DNA from: Armatimonadota bacterium | GTDB lineage: Bacteria; Sysuimicrobiota; Sysuimicrobiia; Sysuimicrobiales; Humicultoraceae | Length of the DNA stretch: 11,121 bases | Direction of reading: 5' to 3' | Assembly: GCA_037443365.1 (NCBI GenBank) | Contig: JBBIOM010000030.1 | Location: forward strand, 11,903-23,023 | Shown here: positions 6,860 to 11,121 of the stretch, in pieces | Layout: each line of letters starts with the position of its first letter | Numbering within the stretch: the stretch's first letter is position 1 | The notes under the pieces: generated by a model | What the model was told of the DNA's origin: nothing | What the model saw: only the letters and a program-made list of their open reading frames with translations | The model's database searches: none | Program-made: the position numbers and the translations under genes

Positions 6860-6887
6860 TTAGACGGGCAGGCCGGCGATTGGTTCC
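6860..6887 (-). promoter_or_regulatory. Putative autoregulatory ECF promoter (GGAAC-N16-CGTCTAA)
   Basis: Minus strand reads GGAAC (6887-6883), 16-nt spacer, CGTCTAA (6866-6860), about 30 nt upstream of the sigma start; classical ECF -35/-10 pattern, and ECF genes are commonly autoregulated. Confidence 0.72.
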
Positions 6888-6900
6888 CGAAGTGGCCCTC

Positions 6901-8229
6901 CTATGGCCCCGAGAGCTCGGCCAGCGCCTCGTCCAGGGCCCCGATCCCCATATCTATCTCCTCACGCGTGACTGTCAGCGGCGGGGAGACAAGGAAGATG
7001 TTGAACCGCCCGAAGAGGTGGACGCCGCGCTTCCGGAGAGACGCCTGGAACTGCCTGATGAGAGCCGGGCTCCCACCATACCTGGATGCCAGGGGCTCTC
7101 GGCTCGCGCGGTCCCTGACCAGCTCCAGGGCGAAGAATGCCCCCAGCCCCCGCGCGTCCCCCACGACGGCGTGCCTCTCGCGAAGCGCCTCGACGGCGGG
7201 CCGGAGCCAGCCTTCGATCTCCAGCGCCCGGGTCAACAGGCCCTCATCGCGGTAGGCCTCCTGCACGGCCAGGGCCACGGCCACCGCGAATGGATGGCCT
7301 GAGAAGGTGTGCCCGCACCAGAGCACGTCGTTGTCGAAGTGGCGCGCGAGCGATTCGCGGACCATGACCCCGCCCAGCGGGACGTAGGCCGATGTCACCG
7401 CCTTGGCAAAGGTCATGAAATCGGGCGTCACGCCGAAGCGCTGCGCGGCGAAGGGCGCACCGGTGCGGCCAAATCCCGTCATCACCTCGTCGAAGATCAG
7501 GGCTATTCCGTGCCGCTCCGTGATCTCCCGGATCCCCTTGAGGTACCCTTCCGGGTACACGATGACCCCGTTCGTTCCGACCACCGGCTCGATGATAAGC
7601 GCGGCCGTGCGCCCGGGATCCTCGTACTCCAGAACTTGCTCGAGATGCTGAAGGGCCCGGCGCGTCTCCTCCGTGGGGTCGTCCGTGAAGAAGGGGCTCC
7701 TGTAGGGATACGGCGTGAGGAAATGAACCACGCCCGGGATGCCCGGCTCGGCCCCGAAGCGCCGGTCATCCCCTGTGAGCGTCGCCGCGCCGTAACTCGA
7801 GCCGTGATACGACTTGTACGCGGCAAGCACCTTGGGGCGCCCTGTGATCGCGCGGGCCATCTTGATGGCGTCCTCGTTGGCCTCGGCCCCTCCTGTGGTG
7901 AAGAAGACCCTGCCCTCCTCAGGCCAGGGAGCGATCTTGATGAGGGTCTCGGCCAGTTCGGCCCGCGCGTCGTGGAAGAACGAGGGCGCGGTATAGCAGA
8001 GCCGCTCGGCCTGGGCCTGCATGGCGCGCACCACCCTGGGATGCCCGTGCCCGAGATTCACCGCCACGAGCCCGGACGACAGATCCAGGTAGCGCTTGCC
8101 CTCGGCGTCGTAGAGGAACCGTCCTTCTCCCCGCACCACCACAGGAGGCGCGAGCCCTGCCTGCGCCGACCAGGGGGTGAGCACATAGCGGCCGTGTCTT
8201 GCCTGATGATCTGATGCGGAGCCTGTCAT
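6901..8229 (-). CDS. Class-III PLP-dependent aminotransferase (omega-amino acid transaminase-like; substrate uncertain)
   Basis: RGEGRFLYDAEGKRYLD, NLGHGHP, FFTTGGAEANEDAIK, SYHG, IIEPVVG, LIFDEVMTGFGRTG, PDFMTFAKAVTS (PLP lysine), GHTFSGHP. Start ATG 8229 or TTG 8235 after AGGCGGTGAT. Confidence 0.92.
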   Translation of the reverse strand: MTGSASDHQARHGRYVLTPWSAQAGLAPPVVVRGEGRFLYDAEGKRYLDLSSGLVAVNLGHGHPRVVRAMQAQAERLCYTAPSFFHDARAELAETLIKIAPWPEEGRVFFTTGGAEANEDAIKMARAITGRPKVLAAYKSYHGSSYGAATLTGDDRRFGAEPGIPGVVHFLTPYPYRSPFFTDDPTEETRRALQHLEQVLEYEDPGRTAALIIEPVVGTNGVIVYPEGYLKGIREITERHGIALIFDEVMTGFGRTGAPFAAQRFGVTPDFMTFAKAVTSAYVPLGGVMVRESLARHFDNDVLWCGHTFSGHPFAVAVALAVQEAYRDEGLLTRALEIEGWLRPAVEALRERHAVVGDARGLGAFFALELVRDRASREPLASRYGGSPALIRQFQASLRKRGVHLFGRFNIFLVSPPLTVTREEIDMGIGALDEALAELSGP

Positions 8230-8247
8230 CCCCAAATCACCGCCTCT

Positions 8248-9180
8248 TCACGCAGAGTCCGTTTGCTCAAGGCACTTCACCAGGCGCAGCAGCGCGAGGT
8301 TCACCGGCGTGGCCACGCCCAGATGGGATCCTTCCCTGACGATGGCACCGTTGATCACGTCAATCTCGGTGCGGCGTCCCATCTCCACGTCCTGCAGCAT
8401 CGAGGACCTGTTGTTCGCGGTGCGCCGGGCCACATCTTGGACGTGCGCCCACGGATCCTCGAGCGGAATCCGCACCCCTGCCCGGCCGGCGACGGCCAGG
8501 CCTTCGTTCACGGCTTCCCTCATGATCCCTACGGCCTCGGGCACCTCCAGCAGCCGCCCGTTACGCACCCGCAGAATGGCGGTGAGCGGGTTGATGGCGA
8601 TGTTGACGAGCAGCTTGGCCCAGAGAGCGCCCTGGACGTTGTCGCTGGCAGAGGCGTGGAGCCCTGCGTCCGAGAGCGCCTCCACGAGGCGTCGCAGCCG
8701 GGGCGTGGGCGCGCCGTCCAGTTCCCCGATCAGGGTCTCGCCTGCGCCTGCGTGGTGGATGTGCCCGGCTGCGAGAACATTGGCTCCCTGACCAGTTGTA
8801 CCTGCCATGATGTGGCTCCTGGGCACCTCCTCGGCCAGGGCATCCACGTTGCCAAGCCCGTTCTGGAGCGTCAGGACCACCGTTTCTGCGCCCAGGAGCG
8901 GGGCAAGCGAGGCGGCGGCCTGCCTCGTGTGGTAGGACTTCACGAAGACGAGCACGAGGTCGCACGGGCCCACGGATCGGGGGTCGGTAGTAGCCCGGGG
9001 CCGCACGATCCGCTCCTGGCCGTCGGGCTCTGTGATGCGCAGTCCATGGGTCGCGATCGCGTCAATGTGCCCGGCCGACGTGTCCACGAGCCAGACCTCG
9101 TTTCCCCCTGCCTGCAGGTATCCCCCGAAAAGAGACCCCATCGCTCCGGCGCCGATCACGCAGACCTTGAGATGTGTCAC
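8248..9180 (-). CDS. panE: 2-dehydropantoate (ketopantoate) 2-reductase
   Basis: VIGAGAMG Rossmann motif, VFVKSY, LTLQNGLG, LWAKLLVNIAINPLTA (catalytic Lys), SSMLQD..GRRTEIDVING (catalytic Glu); GTG start overlaps the panB stop (9177-9180). Confidence 0.93.
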   Translation of the reverse strand: MTHLKVCVIGAGAMGSLFGGYLQAGGNEVWLVDTSAGHIDAIATHGLRITEPDGQERIVRPRATTDPRSVGPCDLVLVFVKSYHTRQAAASLAPLLGAETVVLTLQNGLGNVDALAEEVPRSHIMAGTTGQGANVLAAGHIHHAGAGETLIGELDGAPTPRLRRLVEALSDAGLHASASDNVQGALWAKLLVNIAINPLTAILRVRNGRLLEVPEAVGIMREAVNEGLAVAGRAGVRIPLEDPWAHVQDVARRTANNRSSMLQDVEMGRRTEIDVINGAIVREGSHLGVATPVNLALLRLVKCLEQTDSA

Positions 9181-10052
9181 CCCAGGAGGCCGGCGCGTAC
9201 CAGGCCTTCCCTCAACTCCTCGGCCTGCGCGGGGTCCATGGGGTAGCAGTGCTCTGAGGCCGGGAAGGCTCGGTCCCGAACCTCAGCGGCGAACTGGGAC
9301 AGCGACTCGCGGCAGGCCGCGCCGAGGTTGGCGTAGCGCTTGACGAACTTCGGCACGAACCGCTCGAACAGCCCCAGCATGTCGTGGAGGACGAGCACCT
9401 GCCCGTCGCAATCCGGGCCGGCCCCGATGCCTATGGTGGGGACGCTCGCGGCCTCCGTAATCATCGCCCCTACGGGAGCGGGCACCGCCTCCACCACGAT
9501 GGCGAAGACGCCGGCCTCCTGCAGGGCGAGCGCGTCCTCCACCACGCCCCTTGCGGAGTCCATGGTCTTGCCCTGTACGCGGAACCCTCCGAGTTGCGAG
9601 GCGCTCTGAGGGGTCAGCCCGATGTGGCCCATCACCGGGATGCCGGCCCGCACGATCGCCGCGGCGGCCGATGCGGAGCGCCTGCCGCCCTCGAGCTTCA
9701 CCGCGTCCATCCCGGCCTCTTTCATGAAACGGCCGGCGTTGTCCACCGCCCTCTCCGTGGAAACCTCGTACGAGAGGAACGGCATGTCCCCCACGAGGAA
9801 CGTGTTGGGGGCGCCGACCGACACCGCCCGCGCCATGATCAGCATCTCCCCCATGGTCACCGGGACGGTGTTCTTGTAGCCCAGGGTCGTCATCGCGCCC
9901 GAATCGCCCACGAGGATCATGTCGATGTCCACCGAATCCACGAGCGCCGCGAAGGCGTAGTCGTACGCCGTCACCATTGTGATCCTGCGCCCCGAGCGCT
10001 TCCGTTCCAGGAAATCAGGGATCGTGCCCTTCTTCTTCCGCGGCGTCTCCAC
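9177..10052 (-). CDS. panB: 3-methyl-2-oxobutanoate (ketopantoate) hydroxymethyltransferase
   Basis: ITMVTAYD, ILVGDS, GDMPFLSY, VKLEGG, MGHIGLTPQ, VVEAVP, TIGIGAGPDCDGQVLVLHD, PKFVKRY. Confidence 0.97.
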   Translation of the reverse strand: METPRKKKGTIPDFLERKRSGRRITMVTAYDYAFAALVDSVDIDMILVGDSGAMTTLGYKNTVPVTMGEMLIMARAVSVGAPNTFLVGDMPFLSYEVSTERAVDNAGRFMKEAGMDAVKLEGGRRSASAAAAIVRAGIPVMGHIGLTPQSASQLGGFRVQGKTMDSARGVVEDALALQEAGVFAIVVEAVPAPVGAMITEAASVPTIGIGAGPDCDGQVLVLHDMLGLFERFVPKFVKRYANLGAACRESLSQFAAEVRDRAFPASEHCYPMDPAQAEELREGLVRAGLLG

Positions 10053-10056
10053 GCCG

Positions 10057-10066
10057 TCACCTCCTC
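10057..10066 (-). promoter_or_regulatory. Strong Shine-Dalgarno site of panB
   Basis: GAGGAGGTGA on the minus strand just upstream of GTG at 10052. Confidence 0.85.
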
Positions 10067-10083
10067 GTTCCCTCTGGCGTCGC

Positions 10084-11121
10084 CTACTCCCCCAGGAAGT
10101 GCACGATCGCGGCCGCGTACAGACGCGCCGCGTCCACGAGCGCGTCGATCTCCACGTACTCGTCGGCCTGGTGCGGGATCTGCCTTCCTCCGGGACCGAT
10201 GGTCACGATGGGGATCCGCGCCCACGCGTGCAGGTACGTCCCGTCGGTCGTGCCGGGGACGCCGCCGTAGCGGGGCGGGCGTCGCAGCACCGTATCGAAG
10301 GCCGCCACGACGGCGCGCACTATCGGCGCGTCCGGCGGGGTCTCGGTCCAGGGACGATCCACGGTCAACTCGAGCGCGACGTGTACCCGGGGGTCGGCTT
10401 CCTGCGCGCGCGCCGCCAGGCACTCGAGCCCACGGTACAGCTCCGCATGATCCTGGCCCGGGATCGTGCGCAGGTCCACCGTGATCTGTCCTTCGCCCGC
10501 CATGACATTGGACTGGGGCTCGCCGTGCGCCGGCGCGCGTATCGTTGTGGGCGTGATGTGCGGCAGGCCGAGGAACTCGTGCCGGCCGAGGCGTTCCTGA
10601 AGCCGGCGGTCTTCCTCCACGAGTTCGGCGACGAACCGCGCGGCCACCGGAATCGGGTTCACCCCGGCGTAGGGCATTGCCCCGTGCGCCATGCGGCCCC
10701 GAAAGGTCGCCAGCACCCGCATCGCGCCCTTCTGGTGCAGGCATATCTCGTTCTCCTCGGGCTCGCAGACTATCGCGCCGTCGAAGCCCTGCGCGTGCCC
10801 GGCGCGGATGAAGGACTTGATCCCCAGCATCATGCCTTCCTCGTCGGACACGGCGGCGATCCGCACGCGGCCGGGCAGGTCGGGCGCCGCCCTGCGCACC
10901 GCGTCGAGCGCGCAGATCGCGGCAGCCAGTCCTCCCTTCATGTCCGCGGCCCCGCGGCCGTAGACGCGGCCACCCGTGACCTGGGCATCGAAGGGCGGAT
11001 GTGACCATGCGCCGCGGTCGCCCTCGGTTACGACATCGGTGTGTCCTTCCAGGATCAACCCCCGGCCAGGACGGCCAGAGGACCAGTCGGCGATGACGTT
11101 CGGGCGGCCAGGCGCGGCCTC
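10084..11121 (-). CDS. M20A family metallo-amidohydrolase (ArgE/DapE-like deacylase); 5' end lies beyond the right window edge
   Basis: Frame is open to base 11121 (EAAPGRPNVIADW...LILEGHTDVV); metal/catalytic motifs GHTDVV, YGRGAADMKGG, SDEE, CEP, GRMAHG, PHQADEY. The track's start at 11058 is internal. Confidence 0.92.
   Translation of the reverse strand, partial: EAAPGRPNVIADWSSGRPGRGLILEGHTDVVTEGDRGAWSHPPFDAQVTGGRVYGRGAADMKGGLAAAICALDAVRRAAPDLPGRVRIAAVSDEEGMMLGIKSFIRAGHAQGFDGAIVCEPEENEICLHQKGAMRVLATFRGRMAHGAMPYAGVNPIPVAARFVAELVEEDRRLQERLGRHEFLGLPHITPTTIRAPAHGEPQSNVMAGEGQITVDLRTIPGQDHAELYRGLECLAARAQEADPRVHVALELTVDRPWTETPPDAPIVRAVVAAFDTVLRRPPRYGGVPGTTDGTYLHAWARIPIVTIGPGGRQIPHQADEYVEIDALVDAARLYAAAIVHFLGE

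Noticed and set aside
10053-10083. GGGAAC in the M20-panB gap as another ECF -35 element
   Set aside because: A -10 at correct spacing would fall on the panB start codon, placing the start site inside the gene and excluding its strong SD.
7309-11004. Long plus-strand ORFs (7309..8214, 8263..9246, 9384..10484, 9979..11004) and minus-strand 9971..11008
   Set aside because: All overlap well-supported minus-strand genes; low-complexity translations typical of stop-poor GC-rich alternative frames.
1-11121. Mobile element, CRISPR array, tRNA/rRNA, riboswitch, intein in PolA
   Set aside because: No transposase/integrase motifs or spaced repeats, intergenic gaps are all under 75 bp, and PolA length (about 882 aa) leaves no room for an insertion.
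1-11121. Taxonomic guess (Armatimonadota-related high-GC Terrabacteria)
   Set aside because: Suggested only by GC content, strong SD sites and the stalk-domain protein; cannot be supported without a homology search.

Overview
High-GC bacterial chromosomal segment with nine tightly packed genes, all on the minus strand. In transcription order (right to left): an M20A (ArgE/DapE-like) metallo-amidohydrolase cut by the right edge, panB, panE, a class-III PLP aminotransferase, an ECF sigma factor, a zinc-finger (ZAS) anti-sigma factor fused to a DUF4349-like domain, DNA polymerase I (polA), dephospho-CoA kinase (coaE), and a large secreted copper-amine-oxidase-N-terminal (stalk) domain protein cut by the left edge and missing from the ORF track. 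No mobile elements, RNA genes or CRISPR arrays were seen. Highlights: (1) the PolA carries Asp instead of the near-invariant steric-gate Glu in motif A (DYSQIDLR), together with other active-site deviations (TGRVIT, KAIVFG, EAED) and a degenerate proofreading domain; (2) panB and panE are flanked by an amidohydrolase and an omega-type transaminase rather than panC/panD, suggesting a non-canonical beta-alanine/pantothenate route; (3) ECF-type promoter motifs lie upstream of both the sigma gene and the secreted-protein gene, and polA-coaE sits directly downstream of the sigma/anti-sigma pair. All family calls rest on motif recognition by eye; no searches were run.
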